From a bacterium (GTDB lineage: Bacteria; UBA8248; JACPRG01; G963555815): 64,000 nucleotides of DNA. The notes under the pieces were generated by a model. The model made no database searches and was not told where the DNA came from. It worked only from the letters and a program-made list of their open reading frames with translations. Made by a program: the position numbers and the translations under genes. This document shows, piece after piece, positions 50,220 through 60,178 of the stretch. Positions within the stretch are counted from its first letter, which is position 1, and each line of letters begins with the position of its first letter. The stretch is taken from positions 1,696,001 through 1,760,000 of the forward strand of contig OZ244653.1 of NCBI GenBank assembly GCA_965218795.1, given 5' to 3'.

Positions 50220-51156
50220 CGGTTCTCTGTCTGGCGATTCTCGTGTATTCAGTCTTACTATCGATACCCAGCCACTTTCTCCCCAGTCTCTTGGCAACTG
50301 CTGTTGTCGTGCCGGTTCCTACAAATGGATCAATGACGGTGCCACCATTCGGAGAAAATAGACGTATCACTCGTTCTGCCAAGCGTTCGGGGAACTCCGC
50401 TTCGTGGCGATCATTGCGGCGCACGGAAGCGATGTCCCATACGCCGCGAGAACCCCATTCGGACCATTCTTCTGCTGTCAATCGATTCCGCTCATAGGTT
50501 GTGATTCCAGGCTTCCAGAACACATACAAGTGCTCGAATTCGTCAACAGCACGGTATGAATTGGAATGCCACCTGCTGTTGGCCCAACACGGGTCTTTGC
50601 GCCAAATGCGCCGATCATAGAGATATAGACCAGCCTTTTCGGCCCATTCGGCCACCATGCCTCCAGTCAAGAGAACTTTGGTGGAAACACTATTCTTGCC
50701 ACCTCGAACGTTGTTGTGTTCGAGGCGCCGCTGGATTGTTTGTTCGGAACAGCCTAGCATCTCAGCCAGTTCGTAACGGCTCGCACCAGGCTGTTCCTCA
50801 AGGACCGCCAATATCTGATCACGAGTCACCCCGTTCTTCTTGCCGTTCACATTGTCAGCCTGGAACCTCGGCATGGTTTCGTCTGGAAAACACAGAATAT
50901 CGGCGATGTTGATGACGAGAAAACCGCCGTCACGAATGATGGGAGCGTGGCACTGGATGACTTCACGTATCAGAGATTGCCAATCCGTGAAGCTCAGGTG
51001 CTTCTCGTATGATTTGCCGACGTAATACGGCGGTGACCAGAAACTAAGGTCAACGCTTCCGTCAGGCAGGGTAGGCAAGACCTTTCTGGCATCGCCAGTT
51101 ATGATTTGATTGAATGATGTAGTTCTATCTGCATGCCGGACAGTCGCTTGGCTCAT
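50209..51156 (-). CDS. N4-cytosine DNA methyltransferase (beta class) with internal HTH
   Basis: SPPY motif IV, HEAEFP, DPFVGTGTT motif I; overlaps REase start. Confidence 0.88.
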   Translation of the reverse strand: MSQATVRHADRTTSFNQIITGDARKVLPTLPDGSVDLSFWSPPYYVGKSYEKHLSFTDWQSLIREVIQCHAPIIRDGGFLVINIADILCFPDETMPRFQADNVNGKKNGVTRDQILAVLEEQPGASRYELAEMLGCSEQTIQRRLEHNNVRGGKNSVSTKVLLTGGMVAEWAEKAGLYLYDRRIWRKDPCWANSRWHSNSYRAVDEFEHLYVFWKPGITTYERNRLTAEEWSEWGSRGVWDIASVRRNDRHEAEFPERLAERVIRLFSPNGGTVIDPFVGTGTTTAVAKRLGRKWLGIDSKTEYTRIARQRTDEA

Positions 51157-51225
51157 GTTAACCCCTCTTTCTTGTGGAGGCCAAGTATTGCAACCCTGGA
51201 GAATTTGTCAAGACCTTTCGGCAAC

Positions 51226-51297
51226 CTGCTACATCTTGTTTTTCACCGCCCGGATGCCGGGATACAAGACACAAGATGTAGGGGGTTAGCTCGTCAA
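51226..51297 (-). promoter_or_regulatory. Promoter with two NrdR-like boxes upstream of the MTase-REase operon
   Basis: Minus-strand TTGACG (51292-51297); boxes at 51269-51284 and 51226-51241; second TTGACA at 51206-51211. Confidence 0.6.
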
Positions 51298-51730
51298 AGG
51301 CATGACTCCGGAAAAATCGACTGCCTGAAAGCCGCGCGCGACCCTCCGAGAGCCAGGCCGTTGATCCGCGCTTTCTGAAATTCCGCTTTGGAAATTTTCA
51401 TCCCGCGTTCCCTCAAATGAGGGCACGAACGAGGCAGTTCACTCCCCGGGACGGCGATCCATGAGAACTCAAGGAATAGTTGCCAACAAAGCCGTCCGGT
51501 CATAATGTGTAAGCATCATGAGAACCATAAGCGATTTACGCAGCAATGGAGGGACGGTTGGGGGCTTGTCGATCTTCTCCCCCTCGTGCATGTGTAACCG
51601 TCAGCCGCCCTTCGCTCTCGCTCTTCTCTGAACCCTTTTTCGTGACATACGGTCTAAGTCAATCGGAGAGAGGCGGAGCCGGCCAGAGGGGCCGCTTCTT
51701 CTCTCGATTGTTTGCAAAAGGACGAAAATC

Positions 51731-52906
51731 ATGGCCAAGACGTACAACGAACTGATGGCGGAGGCGAGGGATTCCATTCCCGAGCTGGCTCCGGAAGACG
51801 TGCACGACAGGCAGGGGAACGGAGAAGGGGCCGTTCTGCTCGATGTCCGGGAAAAGGATGAGGTCCGGCAAGGCTATATCGAGGGGGCTGTTTCCATCCC
51901 GCGCGGATTCCTCGAGATTCAGGTGGAAGGCTCCCTGTCGGACAAGGATCGGCCGGTCATCGTCTATTGCGCGGGCGGGGTCCGTTCCCTTCTGGCGGCG
52001 CAGACCCTCAGAGAGATGGGATACTCCGAAGTCTATTCCATGGCCGAAGGATTCAACGGCTGGAAAGACCGTAGTTTCGCATTTACCAAGGACTTCGAGC
52101 TGACGACAAACCAGTTGGAACGCTACAGCAGGCACTTTACGTTGGCCGAGGTGGGCGAGAAGGGCCAGGGGAAACTGTTGCAGGCCAAGATCCTGCTCCT
52201 CGGGGCGGGCGGTCTGGGCTCTCCGACGGCCCTTTACCTCGCGGCCGCGGGGGTCGGGACCCTCGGCATCGTGGATTTCGACGTTGTGGACCGCAGCAAT
52301 CTTCAGCGGCAAATCCTCCACCGGGACGCGGACGTCGGGATGCCGAAGACAGAATCCGCCATCCATACGCTGACGGCATTGAATCCGGACGTCAAGGTGG
52401 TGCCTTATCAGGACCGTCTCACGTCCGAGAACATCATGGAGATCATGGAGGATTACGATATCGTCGTGGACGGCTGCGACAACTTCCCCACCCGATATCT
52501 GGTGAACGACGCCTGCGTCTTCCTGGGCAAGCCCAACGTTCACGGAAGCATCTTCCAGTTCGAGGGCCAGGCGACCGTATTCGATACGAAGTCCGGCGGG
52601 CCCTGCTATCGCTGCCTCTATCCCGCGCCGCCGCCTCCCGGCATGGCTCCGAGCTGCGCGGAAGCGGGCGTTCTCGGCGTACTGCCGGGCGCAATCGGCG
52701 TGATGCAGGCCATCGAGGCGATCAAGATGATTCTGGGGACGGGCGAGCCCCTCATCGGGCGCCTTCTCCTGTACGATGCGCTGTCGGCGAAGTTCCGGGA
52801 AATGAAGCTCCGACGCGACCCGGCCTGCCCGGTCTGCGGGGACAGCCCGGAAATCACCGAGTTGATCGACTACGAACAGTTCTGCGCCGGAGTTCCGACG
52901 GGCTGA
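51731..52906 (+). CDS. moeB: Rhodanese-MoeB adenylyltransferase (MoeZ-like)
   Basis: YCAGGVRS; RYSRH, GAGGLGS, SNLQRQ, PCYRC, CPVC. Confidence 0.92.
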   Translation: MAKTYNELMAEARDSIPELAPEDVHDRQGNGEGAVLLDVREKDEVRQGYIEGAVSIPRGFLEIQVEGSLSDKDRPVIVYCAGGVRSLLAAQTLREMGYSEVYSMAEGFNGWKDRSFAFTKDFELTTNQLERYSRHFTLAEVGEKGQGKLLQAKILLLGAGGLGSPTALYLAAAGVGTLGIVDFDVVDRSNLQRQILHRDADVGMPKTESAIHTLTALNPDVKVVPYQDRLTSENIMEIMEDYDIVVDGCDNFPTRYLVNDACVFLGKPNVHGSIFQFEGQATVFDTKSGGPCYRCLYPAPPPPGMAPSCAEAGVLGVLPGAIGVMQAIEAIKMILGTGEPLIGRLLLYDALSAKFREMKLRRDPACPVCGDSPEITELIDYEQFCAGVPTG

Positions 52907-53107
52907 TCCGGCGGACGAAGCGCCCCTTGACCGAACGCAAGAAGGGCGGGCGACCCGAGGTCCCCGCCCTTCTTGCTCCATCCTGCGCTTCTTTTGGGAA
53001 TGATACGCTTGACGCGCCAGGGGTATCATTCTCCGGAGATTGCCGTGGACCCGTACCTCGCCTCAGGATCGTCAGACGCCGCGTAAGTCAATTTCTCCCT
53101 CAAGATG

Positions 53108-53345
53108 GATTCCCGCTCAGGTCGGGGAGTGGATTCCTGCTTGCGCAGGAATGACAAACGAGGCCCGCGCACAACAGCCTGTCATTGCCCCGGGGCTTGT
53201 CCCCGAAGGCTTGAGTCGGGGCGGGAATGACAAACGGAACCATGCCGATCCTCCAGCGAGACCGCCCGCGCCGAGGAGCAGGCGGGGGTCATTCCCGCGG
53301 AAGCGGGAATCCAGAAAAACATGTCCCCGAGTGCTCCTATCGGGG
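53108..53345. repeat. Cluster of ATTCCC-N8-GGGAAT-type palindromic repeats
   Basis: ATTCCCGCGGAAGCGGGAAT at 53291-53310 and related units. Confidence 0.8.
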
Positions 53346-53440
53346 GAAGGCCTGGCTAGTCAAGCGTATCATTCCCAATGGATTCCATGAATTCCAATCA
53401 TTTCGGGGCGATGGATAACCAGGGAGCTGAAAGGCCCGGC

Positions 53441-54580
53441 TCAAACGCGTTCCAGTTTGAGCACCAGCAAGCTGGAAAGGGTGGTCAAGATGCCCAAGCC
53501 GGCGATTCCCGCTTGAAAGCTCCAGGCATCCGCGATGACTCCCAGAATCCACGGAGTCACCCCGAAGCCCACTCCCGCTCCGATCCCCACCACGAACCCC
53601 AGGGCCGCCCCCATCGCTCCGGAGGTGCTCAACCGCGCCACAAGCAGCAACCCGACGGCGAAGAACGACAGCGCAACTCCGCCTTCAACGACCACGAATA
53701 CCCCAACGCCGATGATCCCCGGCCACCATGCGATCCCCAGCTGTCCCAACCCCGAAATGACCAGAATCCAACCCAGAATGGGGCGGCAGACGCCCCGGTC
53801 CGCGAGCACGCCCGCGGCCAATGTGACCGGAATCCCGAATCCCCTGCCCACGGCGAACGTCAGATTGGCGGCCGTCAACTCCATCCCCAGTTCCTTCACG
53901 AGATACACCGGCATGACAAATCCCAACCCGGCGGCAGCCGACGTAGAAAGCGTCCACAGGTAGGCCAGGGTCAAAAGATTCGGGTTGCTGAAAACCTCGC
54001 TCAGACTTCCCCGCGGCCCGGCGGCCTCGGGTTCCTGATCCGGAGCGGTTCGAAGAAACAGGAAGAATACTGAAAGCGAAAGCACGGCCATCGCCCAGTA
54101 GACATATCTCCAAGGGAGGAAGGACAGAACCGCGACGGCCAGCACCGGAGCCAGTAACTGCCCGGCTGAGGCGGACGACTCGAAAGCCGCGATGCTTCTC
54201 CCCCAATAGCCTTTTCCGTATTCCATCGACAGAAGCGGGATGATGCACGGAATGAATGCCCCCGTCATCAGCCCGATCAGAAAGACGACCACCGCAATGC
54301 CGGCAAAACCCGTCATCCATCGCATGGAAATCAGGACGAGCGTTAGAACCAACAGGGCGATTCGAAGGGTGCGCCGGTACCCGAACCACCGGCTCCAAAA
54401 GGCGGTCGTCAGATGGGTCGCACAATAGCCGACGACCAGCACCAGGAACAGACGCCCCGCCTGACCGTGGGAGATGGCGAATTCGTCTTCAATGAGAGGC
54501 AGCACCGGGGCCAAAAGGAGACGCGCGCCGTGGGCCAGGACCCAGGAGAGACATGCGGTCATCAGGAAGGCGTGACGCAT
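53441..54580 (-). CDS. MFS transporter (paralog 3)
   Basis: VLPLIEDEF, GVLADR; 379 aa. Confidence 0.9.
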   Translation of the reverse strand: MRHAFLMTACLSWVLAHGARLLLAPVLPLIEDEFAISHGQAGRLFLVLVVGYCATHLTTAFWSRWFGYRRTLRIALLVLTLVLISMRWMTGFAGIAVVVFLIGLMTGAFIPCIIPLLSMEYGKGYWGRSIAAFESSASAGQLLAPVLAVAVLSFLPWRYVYWAMAVLSLSVFFLFLRTAPDQEPEAAGPRGSLSEVFSNPNLLTLAYLWTLSTSAAAGLGFVMPVYLVKELGMELTAANLTFAVGRGFGIPVTLAAGVLADRGVCRPILGWILVISGLGQLGIAWWPGIIGVGVFVVVEGGVALSFFAVGLLLVARLSTSGAMGAALGFVVGIGAGVGFGVTPWILGVIADAWSFQAGIAGLGILTTLSSLLVLKLERV

Positions 54581-54688
54581 AGGCCGTTTCACAGGGGAAT
54601 CGCGGATGTCCCACAAGCTGGAGGAGGGGATTCGGATCGGCGGCGGGTCCGAAAATTTGCCGGCAGATGAACCCCTTTCGCACTTGGC

Positions 54689-55828
54689 TCAGACCTTTTC
54701 GATTTTCGTGACCGCTGAGCCAGCCAAAAGCGTGATGGCCCCCAGCATGGAAATGCCCGCCTGAAAACTCCAGGCATCGGCGATTGCGCCCAGTACCCAG
54801 GGCGTCACCCCGATACCGATCCCCACCCCCACCCCGATGACGAGCCCTGTCGCCGCTCCGCGGACCCCTGCCGAGGTCAACCGCGAGATCAGAATCAGGC
54901 CCACCGGAAAAAACATCATTTGAACGACCGCTTCAATGATCACGAAAATCGAGATACCTATGTTTCCAGGCCAGAGAGCAATCCCGAAAAGAGAAACGGC
55001 AACAAAGGTCAGTACCCAAGCCAGCAGGTTCCGGCAAGGAAACCTGTCCGCCAGGAACCCGGCCGACAGGACGGCCAGAATACCTGCGCCGCGCCCGGCG
55101 GCGACCACTTGGTTGGCCGCCGTCAAGTCCATCCCGCGTTCCTTGACCAGGTAGGTCGGGATGAGGAACCCGACCCCGTTTGCACACGCGGAGGCCAGTA
55201 TCCAGAGACCGGCGAGGGTCACGAGACTTTGATTCCGGAACACCGCCACGATGCTCCCGATTGCACCTTCGACCTCCGGCTCTGCTCGCGGTGCGGTCTT
55301 CAAGAACATCATCCAGGCAATGCAGGCCAGAATGGCCATCGCAAAGAACACATGGGACCAGGGGAGGGCCGTGAGAACCGCCACCGCAATCAAAGGCGCG
55401 ATGAACTGCCCGGCGGGCGCGGCTGTATCGAAAAAGGCGATGCTTCTACCCCACCGATCCTTTCCGTAAGTCTGTGTCACCAAAGGAAGGACCGAAGGAA
55501 GGATCGTCCCTGTCGCCATTCCCATGAGAAACATCAGCGCGGACAAGGACCAGGTGTTGGACGCCCAGCGCATCGCCACGAGAATCAATATCACTGACAT
55601 CAGCGCAGTGCGGACAGTGCGGATGTAACCGAACCTCCGACTCCAGAACGCGGCGCTCAGGAACATCAAGCAATAGCCACACATCATAAAGAGCAAGAAT
55701 CGCCCCGCCGTCGCATGGGTAATTCCAAAGTCATCCTCAATCAATGGAAGGACCGAAGATGTGATCATTCTTGAACTGTGGGTCAGAAGCCACATCAGCC
55801 AGGCTGTGATGAGAAACGTGTGACCCAT
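54689..55828 (-). CDS. MFS transporter (paralog 2)
   Basis: VLPLIEDDF, GFLADRF; 379 aa from MGHTF. Confidence 0.9.
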   Translation of the reverse strand: MGHTFLITAWLMWLLTHSSRMITSSVLPLIEDDFGITHATAGRFLLFMMCGYCLMFLSAAFWSRRFGYIRTVRTALMSVILILVAMRWASNTWSLSALMFLMGMATGTILPSVLPLVTQTYGKDRWGRSIAFFDTAAPAGQFIAPLIAVAVLTALPWSHVFFAMAILACIAWMMFLKTAPRAEPEVEGAIGSIVAVFRNQSLVTLAGLWILASACANGVGFLIPTYLVKERGMDLTAANQVVAAGRGAGILAVLSAGFLADRFPCRNLLAWVLTFVAVSLFGIALWPGNIGISIFVIIEAVVQMMFFPVGLILISRLTSAGVRGAATGLVIGVGVGIGIGVTPWVLGAIADAWSFQAGISMLGAITLLAGSAVTKIEKV

Positions 55829-55963
55829 CGATCGAACGGAACTCATCGATATTCCAAAGAAAAGAACCTCGGGGGGGTGCGGACCTCGGGACCCTCTCGC
55901 ACGGCCCCATCCTATCGGAAAAGAATCCGGCCCGTCATTCATCCAGCTTCAGGGGAGCTTCCC

Positions 55964-57103
55964 TCACACCCGCTCCAGCCGGAGAACCAGCAGGCAGGCC
56001 GTCATCGCGACGGCCCCCAGTATGGAGATCCCTCCCTGGAAACTCCACACATCCGCCACGGCGCCCAGCACCCATGGAGTCAAGCCGAAACCGAAGGCCG
56101 CTCCGGCCCCGATCACAAGCCCCGTCGCCGCACCCCGGATCCCGGCGGCCGTCAGGCGTGCGATCATAATCAACCCAACGGGAAAGAACATGTTGACCAC
56201 CAATCCCTCGATGACCACGAAAACACCCACCCCCACGTTGTCGGGCCAAAGCGCGACCCCGACGAGGGAAGCCCCCGAGAGCGCCAAAATCCATCCCAGG
56301 AGGGTCCGGCACTGAAACCGATCGGCCAGAAAACCCGCGTAGACCGCCGTGACCATTCCAAGCCCCCGCCCCAGTGCGAAATACTGGTTGGCGGAAGACA
56401 GATCCATCCCTCTCTCTTTGACCAGGTAGACGGGGAACAAGAACCCGGCGCCCAACGCCGATCCGGATGCCAGGATCCAAAGACCCCCGAGCGTTATGAG
56501 ACTCCGGTTCCGGAGCACGGCGACGATGCTCCCGCCCGCCCGGTCCGTCTCCGGCTCCTTCTTGGGAGCCGTGGCAAGAAACAGCAATAAGATGACGGCT
56601 CCGATCGCCGCCATGCCCCAAAAGACATAACGCCAAGAGAAAAACGAGAGCACGAGGACGGCGATGAGAGGCGCGACAAACTGTCCCCCCGGCGCAGCGG
56701 AATCAAACAGGCCGATGCTTTTTCCCCACTGCTCTTTCCCATAGGCCGCCGTAATCAGAGGAATTGCGGACGGCAGCACAGTGCCGGTCGTCAAGCCGAT
56801 GCAGAACGTAAGGGCGCAAACCGTCAATAGATTCGGGGCCCAGCGCATCAGGACGAGAGAGCCAAGAAGCGCGATCAGTCCAATCTGGAGCGCCCGCCGA
56901 TAACCCAGGAGGCGGCTCCAGAACGGGACGCTCAGGAGTGAGACGGTATAGCCAACGCTCAGGAACAGGAATATCCGGCCCGCTTGTTCATGGGTAATCC
57001 CAAGGTCGTCCTCGACCAGGGGCAGAACAGGGCCAATGATCATTCGTGACGCATGCGCCAACATCCAAAGGAGCCATGCGGTGAATAGAAAGGAATGACG
57101 CAT
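55964..57103 (-). CDS. MFS transporter (paralog 1)
   Basis: VLPLVEDDL, GFLADRF; 379 aa. Confidence 0.9.
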   Translation of the reverse strand: MRHSFLFTAWLLWMLAHASRMIIGPVLPLVEDDLGITHEQAGRIFLFLSVGYTVSLLSVPFWSRLLGYRRALQIGLIALLGSLVLMRWAPNLLTVCALTFCIGLTTGTVLPSAIPLITAAYGKEQWGKSIGLFDSAAPGGQFVAPLIAVLVLSFFSWRYVFWGMAAIGAVILLLFLATAPKKEPETDRAGGSIVAVLRNRSLITLGGLWILASGSALGAGFLFPVYLVKERGMDLSSANQYFALGRGLGMVTAVYAGFLADRFQCRTLLGWILALSGASLVGVALWPDNVGVGVFVVIEGLVVNMFFPVGLIMIARLTAAGIRGAATGLVIGAGAAFGFGLTPWVLGAVADVWSFQGGISILGAVAMTACLLVLRLERV

Positions 57104-57445
57104 CGGGGAAATCCGGATTGGGTCAAGAGAAGGATGCGAATTTCTTCGCGGGGGTCAAAGGAAAGATCGATCGATCATTTTGCCCGTCCCTCAACCCGGT
57201 AACACGAAGAATGTAGAGCGGGTCGATGGAGTCAACATCGATCCGGCCTGAGGATCGTTCACTGCGCCATTCTGAAATCGGTTCGAGAGGAAGGGAGGCT
57301 CCCTGCGCGCCAGGTGAACCATCGCCGTCGGTCCGCTAGGGAACCTGCCCGCGAAGGCCGGTGGTCCCCAAGGAACCAGGGATCAGGGCAAGGCATCCAT
57401 TGAACGCAAGGGACGCTGATTTTCAAGTTTTTGATACGGGCCCCG

Positions 57446-58003
57446 CTATTCACCCATCATATCTTTACGGCCAAAAAGAGATTCCAATTGATAACCTTCT
57501 TCGGCGAGTCTTTCTTTCCCACCCTCATTTCGGTCAACCACGACCAGCACCCGCTCGACGATCAGACCTTCCGCCTTCGCCCGATGGATCGCGTGCAGGA
57601 TGGAGCCTCCCGTGGTCGTCACATCTTCCAGGATGGCGACTTTCATCCCTTCCCGCAGATTATTTTTCCCTTCAATCCATGCGCTCGTCCCATGAAACTT
57701 GGGCTCTTTCCGGACAATAAAGGCCGCCATGGGCTCACCGTGCTGATGGCTGACCAGGGCGGTGGCCGTCACGATAGGATCAGCCCCCATGGTCGGACCG
57801 CCCACAGCCTCAATCCCCGCGCCTTTCAGCTGATCGAAGATCAGCTCACCGACCAATTTCAGGCCCATCGGATGAAGGGTGGCCTGCTTCCCGTCAATAT
57901 ACCAATCGCTTTTCAAACCCGATGTCAGGACAACATCCCTCTTCTCGAATGCCCGTTCAATCAGCAACTTTTTGAGAGATTCCCGGTCCTGTTCGATCGA
58001 CAT
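57446..58003 (-). CDS. pyrE: Orotate phosphoribosyltransferase
   Basis: LTSG..SDWYID, RKEPK.HG, LEDVTTTGGS. Confidence 0.95.
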   Translation of the reverse strand: MSIEQDRESLKKLLIERAFEKRDVVLTSGLKSDWYIDGKQATLHPMGLKLVGELIFDQLKGAGIEAVGGPTMGADPIVTATALVSHQHGEPMAAFIVRKEPKFHGTSAWIEGKNNLREGMKVAILEDVTTTGGSILHAIHRAKAEGLIVERVLVVVDRNEGGKERLAEEGYQLESLFGRKDMMGE

Positions 58004-58197
58004 AACCTTCCTTTCACCCGAATCGCGGCCTGTCCTGCGCGACCCGTTTGGGTGGTCTGGAAACTTCTCGAGACAATCCCCGCCCGATTTTCAATTTCTG
58101 TCGCCGGCGTGGAATGAAGAAATGATTCAGGATAATGATGAGTGGGCCATTGGGAGGGGGAGAACGAAACGACCTGCGGACGACGTCCGGCCCGTGA

Positions 58198-58455
58198 TCA
58201 AGCCACCGCTTCTCCGAAATCTCTCCAGTCATCGGGGAAGAGAGCCCGTTGCGCAGGGTCCAGGAAGTCCCGGGGGACCATGACCCGGACCTCCCCCAAC
58301 TCATTTGCCGTAATTCCATAAAGGAAACCCACCGATTCGTACTGCAGCCATACGGGTATCCCTTCACTTTCAAGGCGCGACCGGAGGATCAGCGCCTCCA
58401 TCTGTCCCTGCACAACCCTGAGCAGCAAAACCCAGTCTTGTTCAATATCCCACAC
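58198..58455 (-). CDS. DUF2007 putative signal-transducing protein
   Basis: EALILRSRLESEGIPV...GEVRVMV. Confidence 0.75.
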   Translation of the reverse strand: MWDIEQDWVLLLRVVQGQMEALILRSRLESEGIPVWLQYESVGFLYGITANELGEVRVMVPRDFLDPAQRALFPDDWRDFGEAVA

Positions 58456-58493
58456 CCATCAAATCCTTACAGGAAGAATCGGCTTTTCCGAGT

Positions 58494-59030
58494 CTATTTT
58501 CTTTTTGGAGGCGCGAGACCGGACGAACCGTCGTCTCGGGGTCCGATCGTAATTTCGACGGTTGTTTCAAGCGTCTCCCGGTTCACGCGCATCAGGGCGC
58601 TCCAGCCCTCCTTTTCGAAACTCATCAAGACCGTCCCCTTCGCCTCGATCGCATTCACCAGACGCCAAGCGTGTTGGGGCATCTCGGTCTTGAAAAACTC
58701 AGCGACTTCATTCACGGATTCATTCCCATGATAGACAAGGATGCCCGCCTTGAGGCTCTGCGTCTCGAAGATGAAGGATTCACTGGCGTCGATTGTCAGC
58801 TTTGGATGGACCGGGACGTCCTCGAACCGATACTGCGGGGCGAGGGGAGCATTGTCCTTCGAGACTTTCGCAGTCGTGCAGCCGGCAACCATCAAAGCGG
58901 TTGCTACGAACGTTAGAAACGGAATTCGAGAACAGAAACCGGAGAAAAGCCTCCCCACCTTACGGACCCGGCCGGCAGGCGGGGCGTCTGGAGGAGCTTG
59001 CAACCCAATGGTTTTGTTGATGTGATACAT
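58494..59030 (-). CDS. Hypothetical lipoprotein
   Basis: Lipobox VAGC; YRFEDVPV, FFKTEMP..AW; start uncertain. Confidence 0.7.
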   Translation of the reverse strand: MYHINKTIGLQAPPDAPPAGRVRKVGRLFSGFCSRIPFLTFVATALMVAGCTTAKVSKDNAPLAPQYRFEDVPVHPKLTIDASESFIFETQSLKAGILVYHGNESVNEVAEFFKTEMPQHAWRLVNAIEAKGTVLMSFEKEGWSALMRVNRETLETTVEITIGPRDDGSSGLAPPKRK

Positions 59031-59187
59031 TGTTCGTCCTGGGGTCCTCGCTCGCTGATTCCCCTTATTCTAAGATGGGGAAAAAGGATATGCTTCCAAA
59101 CCTGAAATAGCACAACGGGAAAAAAACCGCAACTTTTTCTTCGGAAACACCAACGCTCCGGTCAACGGAAGCAGGGGTGGCAGCGAC

Positions 59188-60147
59188 ATGAAGCCCCGCC
59201 CGAAACAACAGGATCATCACGGATCTCCGTCACAATTGGCAGGCTGGGCATCCTGCCCGGCATCAGCGGCGGTAGACGGGCTGGAAGCCCGCCCTACCGA
59301 TCGCGAGAGACTTGGCCGGCGGCTCCGGGGCCTCCGTTGGGTCCTGTACCTATTTGCGGCGGCACTCTTGGCAGGCAGCGCCTTGGCCCAAGGTCCGATT
59401 CCCGCCCCCCCGATCCTGCCCGTAAAACCGGAAGAAATTCCATCCGAGACGGACTCACCAAAAAGTGCATCGACCAAGCCGGGTGGCGCCGCACTCGTCG
59501 TCCCGTTGCACACAGTCGTCATTGACCCGGGTCATGGAGGCAGGGACACGGGAATCCGAGGGGCTGGCGGGTTGCTGGAAAAGGACGTGACCCTACGGAC
59601 GGCGGAAAAGCTCGCGGAACTGATTGAAGGCCGACTGGGGGTGCGGGTCGTCTTGACTCGAACAGGGGACTTCAGCCTTCCCCTGCTGGAGCGCACAGCC
59701 ATTACCAACCGAGCCAAAGGCCAGCTCTTTCTGAGCCTCCACGTCGAAGGAAGCTTCCAGCGGGAAAGCTCAGGTTTTCGGGTGTATATCCTGGGCCCGA
59801 TGTCCAAGCCGGGCAGAACGCCGGTTCCACCAGGGGAGGAGACCGGCCTGCGGGCGACCCAGTGGGATACGACCCAGGCCGCCTACAGAAGCGAAACGGT
59901 TCGTTTTGCCTCTGTGCTTCGCGAATCCCTGGGGAGGCACACAGGTCTGCCTGCCGCTGCGGTCCAAGAGACGCAATTGATTGTATTGAAGGGGATCGAG
60001 ATGCCGGCCGTCCTCATCGGTCTGGGACACTTGACGAATCCTCAGGAGGAGGCCCTTCTGGAACGCGATGAATTTCTTGACAAGATCGCAGAGGGGGTGT
60101 TTCGGGCGCTCATGAGTTTCCTCCAAGGGAAGGAAGTTTCCAACTGA
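59188..60147 (+). CDS. N-acetylmuramoyl-L-alanine amidase (Amidase_3)
   Basis: IDPGHGG.D.G, LEKD, LTR, FLSLH; start uncertain. Confidence 0.85.
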   Translation: MKPRPKQQDHHGSPSQLAGWASCPASAAVDGLEARPTDRERLGRRLRGLRWVLYLFAAALLAGSALAQGPIPAPPILPVKPEEIPSETDSPKSASTKPGGAALVVPLHTVVIDPGHGGRDTGIRGAGGLLEKDVTLRTAEKLAELIEGRLGVRVVLTRTGDFSLPLLERTAITNRAKGQLFLSLHVEGSFQRESSGFRVYILGPMSKPGRTPVPPGEETGLRATQWDTTQAAYRSETVRFASVLRESLGRHTGLPAAAVQETQLIVLKGIEMPAVLIGLGHLTNPQEEALLERDEFLDKIAEGVFRALMSFLQGKEVSN

Positions 60148-60178
60148 CTTCGGCGGGTCTGGCGGGAGGGACCGATTT

